From: Ruegeria sp.
GTDB lineage: Bacteria; Pseudomonadota; Alphaproteobacteria; Rhodobacterales; Rhodobacteraceae
Assembly: GCA_040829945.1 (NCBI GenBank)
Contig: JBFOLN010000028.1
Location: 5,195 to 69,194 of the forward strand
Length of the DNA stretch: 64,000 bases
Reading direction: 5' to 3'
In this document: positions 9,747 to 20,393 of the stretch, piece after piece
Position numbering within the stretch: position 1 is the first letter of the stretch
Layout of the letters: every line of letters starts with the position of its first letter
Notes under the pieces: model-generated
What the model was told of the DNA's origin: nothing
Database searches by the model: none
Seen by the model: the letters and a program-made list of their open reading frames with translations, nothing else
Translations under genes and position numbers: made by a program

Positions 9747-10850
9747 TCAGACGCTTTCGTCCAGCGCTGCCAGAATTGCATCACCCATTTCGCTGGTCGA
9801 TACCGGCTGAATACCTTCTTCGGCCAGCAGATCGGCCGTGCGAACGCCGTCGGCCAGAACCTTTTCGATCGCCGCTTCCAGACGACCTGCTTCGTCGCCC
9901 TGATCGAAGCTGTAGCGCAGCGCCATCGCGAAGCTAAGGATACAGGCGATCGGGTTGGCCTTGCCCTGACCCGTGATATCGGGGGCAGACCCATGTACCG
10001 GCTCGTACATCGCCTTGGGGCGACCATTGGCCATCGGTGCGCCCAGCGAGGCAGACGGCAGCATGCCCAGAGATCCAGTCAGCATCGCGGCGCAATCGGA
10101 CAACACATCGCCAAACAGGTTGTCGGTGACGATCACGTCAAACTGCTTTGGAGCGCGCACCAGCTGCATCGCGCCGTTGTCGGCATACATATGCGACAGC
10201 TCGACCTCGGGGTATTCCTGGCCGACGCGTGTCACGACTTCGCGCCAAAGGATGCCCGATTCCATCACATTGGCTTTTTCCATCGAGCACAGCTTCTTGT
10301 TGCGGCGCATCGCCAGCTCAAAAGCCGAACGCGCGGCGCGTTCGATCTCAGATTCGGTGTAGCGCTGGGTGTTGATGCCCACGCGTTCATTGCCTTCTTC
10401 GAAAATACCGCGGGGCTCACCGAAATAGACGCCCGAGGTCAGCTCGCGCACGATCATGATGTCGAGGCCAGCGACCACATCCTTCTTCAGCGACGAGAAA
10501 TCTGCCAGCGCGTCGAAGCACTGAGCTGGGCGCAGGTTGGAATACAGGTCCATTTCCTTGCGCAAACGCAGCAGGCCGCGCTCGGGCTTCAGGCTGAAGT
10601 CCAGGTCGTCATATTTGGGGCCACCAACAGCACCCAGAAGAACGGCGTCGACCTCTTGTGCCTTGGCCATGGTATCATCCGACAGGGGCTTCCCGTGCGC
10701 ATCATAAGCCGCACCGCCGACCAGATCCTCGCTCACGTCAAAGTGAAGGCCGCGATTGGTGCCGAACCAATCGATGATTCTGCGCACTTCGGCCATAACT
10801 TCCGGGCCAATTCCGTCTCCGGGCAGGATGAGGAGCGAGGGGTTGGACAT
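9747..10850 (-). CDS. leuB: 3-isopropylmalate dehydrogenase
   Basis: [40 protein letters not shown]. Confidence 0.97.
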   Translation of the reverse strand: MSNPSLLILPGDGIGPEVMAEVRRIIDWFGTNRGLHFDVSEDLVGGAAYDAHGKPLSDDTMAKAQEVDAVLLGAVGGPKYDDLDFSLKPERGLLRLRKEMDLYSNLRPAQCFDALADFSSLKKDVVAGLDIMIVRELTSGVYFGEPRGIFEEGNERVGINTQRYTESEIERAARSAFELAMRRNKKLCSMEKANVMESGILWREVVTRVGQEYPEVELSHMYADNGAMQLVRAPKQFDVIVTDNLFGDVLSDCAAMLTGSLGMLPSASLGAPMANGRPKAMYEPVHGSAPDITGQGKANPIACILSFAMALRYSFDQGDEAGRLEAAIEKVLADGVRTADLLAEEGIQPVSTSEMGDAILAALDESV

Positions 10851-10941
10851 CGACAGTCTCCTTGCGTTTTGTCGCACAGGCCCTAGCGTTTGCGGCGCAT
10901 CGGGTCAATGAGACGAACCCGTCAATTCACGAGGAAACCAC

Positions 10942-11469
10942 ATGCTGACACCCGGAAATCCGGCCCCATCGCTAAAAATCGAAACTGTAGGCCATGGCAC
11001 CTTTGATCTTGAGCGTGACGCAGGCGAAAACGGCACGCTGGTGATTCAGTATCGCGGCTTGCACTGTCCGATCTGCATTCGCCAGATGGGTGAGGTCGAA
11101 GCCGCACTGGGTGATTTCGCCGAACTGGGGGTCGAGGTGATCATGATCACCACGGATACCGGAGAACGAGCGGCGGAAACGGTTGAGAAAGCCGGGGTCT
11201 CGAAGCTGCGCGTGGCGTATGGCCTGTCCATGGCCGATGCGCGGGATGTCTGGGGTCTGAACATCTCGGTGGCTCGTGAAGGTAGTGCCGAACCGGCGTT
11301 ATTCGCCGAACCAGGGCATTTCTACATCAAGCCCGATCAGACCCTCTATTACGTTTGGCAACAAACAACGCCTTTTGCGCGTCCGCCAATGTCCGACATC
11401 GTCGGCGGTTTGAAATTCACGCTGGCCAATAACTATCCCGCGCGCGGCACCTATACCGGCGCGCTGTAG
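10942..11469 (+). CDS. AhpC/TSA (peroxiredoxin-like) protein
   Basis: YRGLHCPIC CxxC, FAEPG, PFARP, YPARG motifs. Confidence 0.85.
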   Translation: MLTPGNPAPSLKIETVGHGTFDLERDAGENGTLVIQYRGLHCPICIRQMGEVEAALGDFAELGVEVIMITTDTGERAAETVEKAGVSKLRVAYGLSMADARDVWGLNISVAREGSAEPALFAEPGHFYIKPDQTLYYVWQQTTPFARPPMSDIVGGLKFTLANNYPARGTYTGAL

Positions 11470-11475
11470 GCGGCA

Positions 11476-12369
11476 TTACAGCCGAGCCTTCAACCCTTCG
11501 GCCAGCAAATCCCAGACCCTGCGAATGCGCGGGGTTTGTCGCATTGCCTGAGGGGCAGCCAGCCAGACTGGCAGCACTGGTATCTTTACATCGATGTCCA
11601 ACACCTCGACCTCTGGATCAGCCTGCACAATGCTGAGTTGGCTGAACCCCACCCCGCATCCCGCACGGATCAGTTCCCAATAAGCAGTTTGGTTGTCGCA
11701 GCGCGTGGCAAAGCTGTCCCGGCTGGCGGGCCAGCCCTTGTTCCGCATGGCGGTGATGATGTCTTCGTTGGTGTCAAACCCCACTAGGTCATGCTGCATT
11801 AATTCTGTCGGAGTTTCTGGCCGTCCGGCGCGATCCAGATAGGACCGGGAGGCGCAGAAACACAGCGGGACCTCTCCGATATGCTTTGCCACGATGTCTA
11901 CCTGTTCCGGCCGATACATGCGTACTGCGATGTCGGCCTCGCGGAACAGAAGGTTTTCGCTCGCATCCGATGCGACGAGATCCAATTGAATCGCCGGCTC
12001 CGCTTTTCGGATCGTAGCCAGTATCGGCGGCAACAAATGGTGAGAGACAAAGACCGAGGCGGTGATCCTGACTGACCCCTCTAGCTGCTGAGCCTGCCCG
12101 GCTGCCGTCAACCCAAGCGCATTGACCGCGCTGTACATCTGTTGCGCCATCGGCAACACCTGCTGCCCGACCTCGCTGAGGGTCAACCCGCGTGCGTGTC
12201 GGTCGAACAGGGATACGCCCAGTTCTTCTTCCAGCGCATGTACCTGCCGCCCCAGTGTTGGCTGGCTGCGCCCAAGCTGCTTTGCGGCTGCGGATAATGA
12301 GCCCGTTTCCGCAACAGCCAGAAAGCTTTGGATCAAGGACCAGTCAGAAAGTCGAAGAGAATTAGCCAT
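11476..12369 (-). CDS. LysR-family transcriptional regulator
   Basis: HTH 'GSLSAAAKQLGRSQPTLGRQV..LEEELG..LF.R'; READIAVR. Confidence 0.95.
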   Translation of the reverse strand: MANSLRLSDWSLIQSFLAVAETGSLSAAAKQLGRSQPTLGRQVHALEEELGVSLFDRHARGLTLSEVGQQVLPMAQQMYSAVNALGLTAAGQAQQLEGSVRITASVFVSHHLLPPILATIRKAEPAIQLDLVASDASENLLFREADIAVRMYRPEQVDIVAKHIGEVPLCFCASRSYLDRAGRPETPTELMQHDLVGFDTNEDIITAMRNKGWPASRDSFATRCDNQTAYWELIRAGCGVGFSQLSIVQADPEVEVLDIDVKIPVLPVWLAAPQAMRQTPRIRRVWDLLAEGLKARL

Positions 12370-12452
12370 TCAAAAACGAATGCATAATCTGCAGTTTTTG
12401 GCAATTTCCAAAAGTAGATGAATGAATAGATTGGCGCTGTATGGAGGGATCG

Positions 12453-13358
12453 ATGTCACAAACAGCACTTATTCTCGGGGCCAACGGCCGCTTTGGCCGC
12501 AATGCTTCTCAGGCTTTTTCCAATGCAGGTTGGGCCGTCCGCCGGTTTGATCGCCGCAATGATGAATTGCGCACGGCAGCGCGCGGGGCAGACGTTATCG
12601 TGAATGCCTGGAATCCGCCTTATCCCGATTGGGCGCGGCAAGTCCCTGATCTGCATCGGCAGGTAATAGATGTAGCGTCTGAACATGATCTGACAGTGAT
12701 TGTGCCGGGGAATGTCTATGTTTTCGGTGCTGATACGCCTGGGCCCTGGTCAAGTGAAACGCCCCATCTTGCGCGCAACCCGCTGGGGCGCATCCGCATC
12801 GAAATGGAAGAGGCTTATCGCGCCTCTTCTGTGCGGACCATTATGCTGCGTGCGGGTGATTTCATTGACACCACGGCCTCTGGCAACTGGTTCGATCAGA
12901 TCATGATCAAACGCTTGCAGCGCGGTCGCTTTGTATACCCCGGTAATCCCGATATACCGCATGCTTGGGCCTACCTGCCCGATCTGACCCGTGCTGCTGC
13001 TGCTTTGGCAGACATGCGCAGTGAGCTGCCTCGTTACTGCGATGTTCCCTTTGCTGGCTACACAGTGACGGGCAATGATATGGCACAAATCTTATCGCTG
13101 GTTACAGGGCAGAGCGTTGAGATCAAGCAGATGGCGTGGTGGCAATTGCAACTGGCCCGTCCGTTCTGGCGGCTGGCACCTCATTTGATTGAGATGAGGT
13201 ATCTCTGGGATACACCTCACCAGCTGGACGACCGTTTCTTTAGCGAGTTGCTGCCGGGATTCGTGTGTACTGAACTGAGCGAAGCGATGAGGAATGCAAT
13301 ACCCCAACCAATCGGCTCAGAACTTGCCAACCGTCACGCAGAAGCTTTGCGATCCTGA
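12453..13358 (+). CDS. NAD-dependent epimerase/dehydratase (atypical SDR)
   Basis: ILGANGRFG Rossmann motif, PGNVY, H.WAYLPD; divergent from the LysR gene. Confidence 0.85.
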   Translation: MSQTALILGANGRFGRNASQAFSNAGWAVRRFDRRNDELRTAARGADVIVNAWNPPYPDWARQVPDLHRQVIDVASEHDLTVIVPGNVYVFGADTPGPWSSETPHLARNPLGRIRIEMEEAYRASSVRTIMLRAGDFIDTTASGNWFDQIMIKRLQRGRFVYPGNPDIPHAWAYLPDLTRAAAALADMRSELPRYCDVPFAGYTVTGNDMAQILSLVTGQSVEIKQMAWWQLQLARPFWRLAPHLIEMRYLWDTPHQLDDRFFSELLPGFVCTELSEAMRNAIPQPIGSELANRHAEALRS

Positions 13359-13379
13359 TCATTTGGTAGCCGGGTGTTC

Positions 13380-14399
13380 TTATCTGTCGAAGAGGTCGAC
13401 CCAAACCAGCCGGTGGCGGCTTGCCTGCGCAGCCGTGTCGCGGGCGTTGGTTTCAGGCCAATAAATACCCGCATCGCGTACGCGCCAATCAGCCGAAGGT
13501 AGTACGTAATCCACTCTCATCTCACCAACCCCTTTCCAGGAAACTGTTGAGGTGGACCCGGCAGTGTCAACGGGCATCGGATCCTGGAGCAAAGGGTCAG
13601 CAAGAAGGTCTGTGATCGCAGCTTTGCGGCCCTCACCTTCGGAGGGGTCCAGATTAGCGTCGCCAGCGATAATGAAACGACCAGAGGGCTTCGGGCCCAA
13701 GTCACCGTTCATTAGCAGCGACCAGAGTCGAATTTCATCTCTGTTGCGCAACCCATTCCGATCTTCGGGCCCATCAAAGACTGGAGGGCTGGCGTGAAAT
13801 GTCATGAGGTTGAGACGACCGCCGGGTGTATCAATCGGGATGACCCAATGTGACGTTGAAGACAATCTTTGCACCGCTTGAACTTGGGCTGAAGGGAACG
13901 GCTTTCCATCTTTGATGGGTAGCTGTGCGCCGGGCAGGTCGCGCCACAGCATCTTGGTAAAAGATAGTGCCTCATCTGCCGCGATAGGGTGGCGAGACAG
14001 CACCGCCAGCCCATTCTGGCCTGTGAAGCGTCCCCAGCCTTGCGCGTCACCGGGACCTGCGGTTTCACTATCTCCATCCAAATCCAGAGCCGTTTCTAGC
14101 CCGGAATTTGGCTGCTCAGAAAACTGATAAGGATATCTCAGACCTTCTTCACCCAGCGCATCTACGAAGGCGGAGAGGGCGCGTCCGTTCAGATCCCAGT
14201 CAATCCCTTGCAACGCAACGATATCGGGGCGGATTGCGACCAATACGTCGATCACGGCAGTAACTTGCGGGTCTGCACTCCGTATATCGCGCAATAAAAG
14301 GCCCGGTCCTTTGCGGCTGAGTTCAGTGTTGAAACTTGCAATCCGCAATGTCTCTGCCTGCGCTGCGAAAGGCAGCAGCAGAGCCAACAGGCGGATCAT
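13380..14399 (-). CDS. Secreted endonuclease/exonuclease/phosphatase family protein
   Basis: Signal peptide; RIASFN, DIVALQ, GDAN, RVDYVLPS, S.HRLVWVD. Confidence 0.85.
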   Translation of the reverse strand: MIRLLALLLPFAAQAETLRIASFNTELSRKGPGLLLRDIRSADPQVTAVIDVLVAIRPDIVALQGIDWDLNGRALSAFVDALGEEGLRYPYQFSEQPNSGLETALDLDGDSETAGPGDAQGWGRFTGQNGLAVLSRHPIAADEALSFTKMLWRDLPGAQLPIKDGKPFPSAQVQAVQRLSSTSHWVIPIDTPGGRLNLMTFHASPPVFDGPEDRNGLRNRDEIRLWSLLMNGDLGPKPSGRFIIAGDANLDPSEGEGRKAAITDLLADPLLQDPMPVDTAGSTSTVSWKGVGEMRVDYVLPSADWRVRDAGIYWPETNARDTAAQASRHRLVWVDLFDR

Positions 14400-15244
14400 G
14401 CGATCTGAGTGGTCTCGGTTGCGGAGTAGGCGCGGCGCTTTTCAACGATCAAGCCGGCAATTCGCAGCGTAGCCATGCCGCGCATGATCATGCTGGCGGG
14501 AAGGAAGGCCCAGGCGCAGAGTGTCCAGATCAGGGTCTGAGGATTGCTGAGCGCGATCGGTGTAATAAATGCAGCCGTCAATTTGATCAGCGCGGGGATC
14601 AGGAAAGGCAGCAACGCTCCGATTGCGATGTTCAGCCGTCCGTCGCGCTGCAGGCGGGTGACGACATCGCCACCTTTGGTCGGGTCAAACAACGGCAGAT
14701 TGGTCCAAACATTGAACGCGCCATTCCCGGTCGGCCAACCGCGTAGTTTCACGGCATAAGCAAAACTGGCGATCGTGACCAAAGCCGCGATATAGGCGGT
14801 GCTGGCAGAAATTCGTACAAGCTCTATCAATGGCTGGCTGGCTTCTGCAGGTAGCATCAGAACTACAAGCCGAACGGGGGAATAGGGAAAATCCACCACA
14901 TTCGCGACCATCAGGCCAATCGCATAGAATGTGCCTGTCAGGTCAGAGGGGGCATAGGCGTTTTTGCAGATCAGTGTCAGGAAGGTGACCATCGACATCA
15001 GGCCGACAAAGCGAAGCCTGTTCACCGGGGGAGCGTCACGAAATTCGATAAAGCTGGGAAAGGCAGAGTTGTATTCAGAGAAGGTCAGGATAAACGCAAG
15101 GATCGCCAGAAAGACGACAATCTCAGTCCCATTCGACGTCGATGTAGGCAGGTATAACGCGGGGGTAAGCACCATAAGTGCTACCAATAATCCACGTATC
15201 GCCGCCCCCGTTGTGCGTGCAATCACAATCCGAACCCTTTCCAA
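14396..15244 (-). CDS. Conserved multi-TM hypothetical membrane protein
   Basis: About 6 hydrophobic segments; motifs EFRDAPP.NR.RF and FNVW.NLP.FDP; stop overlaps the EEP start. Start position uncertain. Confidence 0.75.
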   Translation of the reverse strand: MERVRIVIARTTGAAIRGLLVALMVLTPALYLPTSTSNGTEIVVFLAILAFILTFSEYNSAFPSFIEFRDAPPVNRLRFVGLMSMVTFLTLICKNAYAPSDLTGTFYAIGLMVANVVDFPYSPVRLVVLMLPAEASQPLIELVRISASTAYIAALVTIASFAYAVKLRGWPTGNGAFNVWTNLPLFDPTKGGDVVTRLQRDGRLNIAIGALLPFLIPALIKLTAAFITPIALSNPQTLIWTLCAWAFLPASMIMRGMATLRIAGLIVEKRRAYSATETTQIA

Positions 15245-15499
15245 ACCGGAGTAGTCGATTCTGTGCCGACTTATCTTCCAACTTGTGCTCGCCGCTCGTT
15301 CATCGACGGCTACCTCTTAGGCGCCAACATGGCCGATAAGCGGTATTTCGCTCAAGTCGGTCTGCAGAAAACATGGAATTTCGGGCAAAATGATGGCGCA
15401 ACTGGTGCGGGATTGCATCATTTTCGACGCAAATCCGACGTGTATATCAAATTGATACCTAGATATAGTGGTTGGGGAAAAATTAACCCCAAGAATGCG

Positions 15500-15525
15500 A
15501 ACGGGGCCACCCTTGTGACCCCGTT
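15500..15525 (-). terminator. Possible terminator hairpin after leuD
   Basis: AACGGGG.CAC-CCTT-GTG.CCCCGTT hairpin with a weak U-tract. Confidence 0.4.
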
Positions 15526-15556
15526 AGGTTGAGTATCAACAGATTCGTCCCCAGAA

Positions 15557-16162
15557 TCATACCCAGGGGCGGGCTTGGCTTGCGTGATCCTCGAACTTGT
15601 CGATGTGGTGGTCTTTTTCCATTGTCAGGCCGATATCGTCCAGACCGTTCAGAAGGCAGTGCTTGCGGTGCGGGTCGATCTCGAATTCGATGACCACACC
15701 ATCCGATGTTGTGATCTGCTGATCTTCCAGATGTACTGTCATGCGGGCGTTTTCGCCCTTGTGCGCGTCATCCATCAGGATTGCGTGATGCTCTTCCTCA
15801 ACCACGATAGGCAGTATGCCGTTCTTGAAGCAGTTGTTGAAGAAGATGTCAGCAAAGCTGGTCGAGATCACAACCTTGATGCCGAAATCCTTGATCGCCC
15901 AAGGGGCGTGTTCACGTGATGAGCCGCAGCCAAAGTTGTCGCCCGCCACCAGAATCTCCGTCTGACGATAGGCTGGCTTGTTGAGAACGAACTCTTCATT
16001 TTCCTGCCCGTCATCGTGAAAGCGCATCTCGTCAAACAGCACGACACCCAGGCCCGACCGTTTGATGGTTTTCAGGTGTACTTTGGGGATGATCATATCG
16101 GTGTCGATATTGATCAATGGCATTGGGGCGGCCACCCCGTGGACTTTGTCAAACTTTTCCAT
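15557..16162 (-). CDS. leuD: 3-isopropylmalate dehydratase small subunit
   Basis: [35 protein letters not shown]. Confidence 0.97.
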   Translation of the reverse strand: MEKFDKVHGVAAPMPLINIDTDMIIPKVHLKTIKRSGLGVVLFDEMRFHDDGQENEEFVLNKPAYRQTEILVAGDNFGCGSSREHAPWAIKDFGIKVVISTSFADIFFNNCFKNGILPIVVEEEHHAILMDDAHKGENARMTVHLEDQQITTSDGVVIEFEIDPHRKHCLLNGLDDIGLTMEKDHHIDKFEDHASQARPWV

Positions 16163-16204
16163 GTCTACACTCCTGCGGTAGAGGGCCGCGCCCGTGCCCC
16201 GCGT

Positions 16205-16759
16205 TTAAGCTTCTTTCGCTTCTGTTGTTTCGTCCTTGGGTGCGTTCTTGACGAAGAACGCCATGAAGACCAATCCGAACCCGTTGAACAGCATCTCAAT
16301 GCCCAGGAAGATCCCCAGTATGCTCAGCAATGCCTGCGGTTCCTGCCCGACATAGCTCCAGATGATGCCTGCGAGGATGATCGACAAGATGCCCGAGATC
16401 ATCGTGGGCCAGAAAAACTGCGTTCCTTTCATCTGGAACGACAGAATGATCCGCGCGATGCCGCCCGCCATGAACAGGATCAGCACCACAGTTGCGAGTG
16501 TCAGCGTGCCCTGCAGCGGATGATCCAGAAAGGACCAGCCCAGGAACAGCATGACCGCACCCATGATGAGTGACAGGATCTTGTTGCCAGTGCCTTCAAC
16601 CGTGAAGCCACCAACGATCTGCATTCCGCCCGCTATCAATAGCAACACACCAGTTACTACTGTTACGGCAACGGACGCCACGACCGGCGCGCCCAATACG
16701 AACACCCCAAATGCTATGGACAAAAGTCCCAGCAGTAGCCATTTGATCCAATCACTCAT
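16205..16759 (-). CDS. HdeD/DUF308 family membrane protein
   Basis: Six TM segments with repeated 'G.L....G......P' units. Confidence 0.8.
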   Translation of the reverse strand: MSDWIKWLLLGLLSIAFGVFVLGAPVVASVAVTVVTGVLLLIAGGMQIVGGFTVEGTGNKILSLIMGAVMLFLGWSFLDHPLQGTLTLATVVLILFMAGGIARIILSFQMKGTQFFWPTMISGILSIILAGIIWSYVGQEPQALLSILGIFLGIEMLFNGFGLVFMAFFVKNAPKDETTEAKEA

Positions 16760-16797
16760 GTTAGTCTCTCCATCAAATATCTAGATATGAGAGACTC

Positions 16798-18201
16798 TTA
16801 CATCAATTCACGGACGTCTGTCAGCCGTCCTGTGATTGCCGCAGCGGCAGCCATGGCAGGACTCAGCAGGTGGGTGCGCCCACCGCGGCCCTGACGGCCT
16901 TCAAAGTTGCGGTTCGAGGTCGCGGCACAGCGCTCACCCGGTTGCAACTGGTCAGGGTTCATCGCCAGACACATGGAGCATCCTGCCAGACGCCATTCGA
17001 ACCCGGCATCTTTGAAGATTTCGGCCAAACCTTCTTCTTCGGCCTGTGCACGCACCAAACCCGAGCCTGGTACGACCATGGCGCGCATACCATCTTTGAT
17101 CTTCTTGCCTTTCAGGATTTCCGCCGCAGCGCGCAGGTCTTCGATCCGACCATTGGTGCAAGAGCCGATGAAAACAGTGTCGATTTCAACGTCGCTCAGC
17201 TTCTGACCGGCTTCCAGACCCATGTACTCGATCGAACGGCGGGCAGCGTCGACTTTACCGCCTTCGAAATCTTCGGGATGCGGTACGGATGCGGTGATCG
17301 GCAGTACATCCTCGGGGCTGGTGCCCCAAGTGACGACTGGCGCGATATCTTCACCACGCAGCGTGATGACTTTATCGAAATGCGCATCTTCGTCGGTGTA
17401 GAGCGTCTTCCACCAGTCCATCGCGGCTTCCCACTGCGCGCCTTTTGGGGCATGCGGGCGGCCTTTGACATATTCAAAGGTGGTTTCATCCGGTGCGATC
17501 AGGCCTGCGCGCGCACCGCCTTCGATGGCCATGTTGCAAACGGTCATGCGGCCTTCCATAGACAGATCGCGGATCGCTTCGCCACAGTATTCGATGACAT
17601 AGCCGGTGCCGCCAGCTGTCCCGGTCTCACCAATCACGGCCAGGGTTATGTCTTTGGCGGTCACGCCTGGCTGCAGTTTGCCAGTGATTTCCACCTTCAT
17701 ATTCTTGGATTTCTTCTGGATCAGGGTCTGCGTGGCCAGAACGTGCTCAACCTCAGACGTGCCGATACCGTGCGCCAGGGCGCCAAACGCGCCGTGTGTC
17801 GCGGTGTGGCTGTCGCCGCAGACAACAGTCATGCCGGGCAGGGTCCAGCCCTGCTCGGGGCCGACAATGTGGACGATGCCTTGCCGGACGTCATTCACAG
17901 GGTAGTAGTGAATGCCAAAATCCTTGGCGTTCTTGTCCAGTGCCTCGACCTGAATGCGTGATTCCGGGTTTTCGATACCATTCACACGGTCCGGCGTGGT
18001 CGGAACATTGTGATCCGGCACAGCGATCGTCTTTTCCGGCGCGCGCACCTTCCGGCCCGCCATGCGCAGGCCTTCGAACGCCTGTGGGCTGGTCACTTCG
18101 TGCACCAGATGGCGGTCGATATACAGCAGGCAGGTACCATCATCGGCTTCATGCGCGACATGGGCATCCCAGATCTTGTCATAGAGTGTTTTGGGGGACA
18201 T
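16798..18201 (-). CDS. leuC: 3-isopropylmalate dehydratase large subunit
   Basis: [44 protein letters not shown]; ATG at 18201 with GGAGAGG RBS. Confidence 0.98.
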   Translation of the reverse strand: MSPKTLYDKIWDAHVAHEADDGTCLLYIDRHLVHEVTSPQAFEGLRMAGRKVRAPEKTIAVPDHNVPTTPDRVNGIENPESRIQVEALDKNAKDFGIHYYPVNDVRQGIVHIVGPEQGWTLPGMTVVCGDSHTATHGAFGALAHGIGTSEVEHVLATQTLIQKKSKNMKVEITGKLQPGVTAKDITLAVIGETGTAGGTGYVIEYCGEAIRDLSMEGRMTVCNMAIEGGARAGLIAPDETTFEYVKGRPHAPKGAQWEAAMDWWKTLYTDEDAHFDKVITLRGEDIAPVVTWGTSPEDVLPITASVPHPEDFEGGKVDAARRSIEYMGLEAGQKLSDVEIDTVFIGSCTNGRIEDLRAAAEILKGKKIKDGMRAMVVPGSGLVRAQAEEEGLAEIFKDAGFEWRLAGCSMCLAMNPDQLQPGERCAATSNRNFEGRQGRGGRTHLLSPAMAAAAAITGRLTDVRELM

Positions 18202-18244
18202 CGGTCCTCTCCCGTATGTAATGAGAAATAGCTGGCGAGTTGGC

Positions 18245-18352
18245 TTAGGCCGCCGATAGGCGGGCCAAGACCGTGCGGGCAGCCCCAAAGAACCGTTCAC
18301 GCAGACGCGCGCGATCTTCCAGATTCTGTTCTTGGGCCACATTGAGTCTCAT
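18245..18352 (-). CDS. 35-aa small ORF / candidate leader peptide upstream of leuC
   Basis: ATG 18352 to TAA 18245: [35 protein letters not shown]; ends 43 nt before the leuC start. Confidence 0.5.
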   Translation of the reverse strand: MRLNVAQEQNLEDRARLRERFFGAARTVLARLSAA

Positions 18353-18463
18353 TTGGTCCAGATATAACGCGTCTCGCCGTCAATCAAGGTTCAATACTGT
18401 GCGTGACACCGTGGGCTTGCATCAACTGGCGCCGCTGTCCAAGCTGACCGGCAGGAGACGTGA

Positions 18464-19825
18464 ATGAATCAGGAATTACTACCGGATACGCTCTCGGAGC
18501 TTTACGCCAACATGACGGCGGCGTTCTCCTCGCAATTTGAAGGTCTGGTCGAGTTGATTGTCACCCCGGGGTGGCGTCAGTATCAACTCATCATAATCCT
18601 GTTTCTCTGGGCAATTGCATTCTTACTGAAACTGCTGACCCAGAGCAGATGGGAAGCATGGGCGCGGGCACGGGTAGGATGGCCGAAATGGCGTTTGCGG
18701 ATCCTGATCCAACTGATGCGCCGCCTGACGCTGGTGTATTTTGTGCTGCTGTCTGGTGGTCTCTATCTGGTGATGCAGCAGGTCACATGGCCGTCGCGAA
18801 GCTACATACTTGGCGTCTTCGCAACTCTTGCTGTCGCATGGCTGGTTATTGCGCTGGTTTCGCGACTGGTGAGAAACCGAACGCTTCGGCAAATATTCAA
18901 ATGGTCCATGTGGGTTTATGCCACGCTGGTTGCGCTGAACCTGACAGATGATGTGGCCGGTTTCCTTGACGGTGTCGCCATTTCCATCGGCGATCTCCAT
19001 ATCTCGGCGCTGGGAATCATCAAGGCTGTTCTGCTGATCGGCGTCCTGCTGACCTTGGCGCGCGTCGGCACACGTACGGCAGAGCGTGGCCTTATGAACA
19101 ATCAAGACATCACCCCATCGATGCAAGTGTTGCTGGCCAAGGGTATTCAGGTGTTGCTTTACGGGGCGGTGTTCATGGCGGCGATCCGCACGCTAGGGTT
19201 TGATTTGACCGGCATAGCGTTGCTATCGGGAGCAATTGGTGTCGGGATTGGTTTTGGCCTGCAAAAGGTGGTTTCGAACCTGATCTCGGGTATCATCATC
19301 CTGATGGATCGGTCGATCAAACCGGGCGACGTGATCTCACTGGGGGATACCTTTGGCTGGATCAACGCGCTGGGTGCGCGCTATGTCTCGGTGGTCACGC
19401 GGGATGGCCGGGAATACCTGATTCCAAACGAAGATCTGATTACCAATCAGGTGGTGAATTGGTCGCATTCCGACCGTTTCGTGCGGTTGGATCTGGATTT
19501 CGGCACCAGCTACGACGACGACCCGCACAAAGTCCGCGCGACAGCGATCCGCGCCGTCAAGACTGTCGGTCGAGTATTAAGCGGTGGCAAACATGAACCC
19601 GTCTGCCATATCACCGGATTTGGTGATAGCAGCGTGGACTATGTACTGCGCTTCTGGATCAGCGATCCGAACAAAGGCCTGACAAACATTCGGGGCAATG
19701 TCTTTCTGGCTCTGTGGGATGCGTTCAAGGCCGAAGGCATCTCGCTTCCATTCCCGCAGCGAGAAATCCGTGTATTGGGTGGCCCGGAGGCCGACGCCGA
19801 GGTACAACATCTCGCCAAAGAGTGA
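18464..19825 (+). CDS. MscS-family mechanosensitive channel
   Basis: GAIGVGIGFGLQ..VSN.ISG, IKPGD.I, IPNE.L, FG.SS, I..PFPQR. Confidence 0.93.
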   Translation: MNQELLPDTLSELYANMTAAFSSQFEGLVELIVTPGWRQYQLIIILFLWAIAFLLKLLTQSRWEAWARARVGWPKWRLRILIQLMRRLTLVYFVLLSGGLYLVMQQVTWPSRSYILGVFATLAVAWLVIALVSRLVRNRTLRQIFKWSMWVYATLVALNLTDDVAGFLDGVAISIGDLHISALGIIKAVLLIGVLLTLARVGTRTAERGLMNNQDITPSMQVLLAKGIQVLLYGAVFMAAIRTLGFDLTGIALLSGAIGVGIGFGLQKVVSNLISGIIILMDRSIKPGDVISLGDTFGWINALGARYVSVVTRDGREYLIPNEDLITNQVVNWSHSDRFVRLDLDFGTSYDDDPHKVRATAIRAVKTVGRVLSGGKHEPVCHITGFGDSSVDYVLRFWISDPNKGLTNIRGNVFLALWDAFKAEGISLPFPQREIRVLGGPEADAEVQHLAKE

Positions 19826-19989
19826 CCGGTTGTGGTGGGCCTCGTCTGCCCTTTCATTGAAATGTTGCAATCCCCTTGCTACCTTATTAGTCCCCCGGCG
19901 CCGGGGTTTCACGGCGCGCAGCAAAGGAGGACTATGTCCTGTCTCTACATACACAGGCGGGTTTGCCCGCCGATGATGGGGCCAACGTA

Positions 19990-20349
19990 ATGGCCCACTC
20001 TCAGTCAATCAGCGACAAGCTGCTTGAACGTATCCGTTCCTCACTATCCGATGACAAGGCCGAAGACGTCGTGCAGATCAACCTGCAGGGCAAATCCTCG
20101 GTTGCGGATCACATGGTGATTGCCTCGGGCCGGTCGACCCGTCAGGTCTCGGCCATGGCGGAAAAGCTGACGGATCGCATCAAGCAGGAATTCGGTTTCA
20201 CCTCGAAGGTCGAAGGCAAGGATGCCGGCGATTGGGTGTTGATCGATACGGGCGATGTCGTCGTCCATATCTTCCGCCCCGAAGTGCGCGAATTCTACCA
20301 GCTGGAAAAGATGTGGCTGCCTCAGGGCGGCAACGCCTCAGCCAATTGA
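19990..20349 (+). CDS. rsfS: Ribosome silencing factor (Iojap)
   Basis: DDKAED, D.MVIASGRS.RQV, WVLID.GDVVVH, REFYQLEKMW; true start may be upstream (CTG 19939). Confidence 0.95.
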   Translation: MAHSQSISDKLLERIRSSLSDDKAEDVVQINLQGKSSVADHMVIASGRSTRQVSAMAEKLTDRIKQEFGFTSKVEGKDAGDWVLIDTGDVVVHIFRPEVREFYQLEKMWLPQGGNASAN

Positions 20350-20393
20350 GGCACCATCCCGGCCCGTATTAAGGGGCCGGAGGCGAGAGTAAT

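Noticed and set aside
9735-10886. 383-aa plus-strand ORF
   Set aside because: Antisense shadow of leuB.
15263-15532. 89-aa intergenic ORF
   Set aside because: No RBS or motif; overlaps the likely promoter and terminator region on the opposite strand.
16870-17961. 363-aa plus-strand ORF
   Set aside because: Antisense shadow of leuC.
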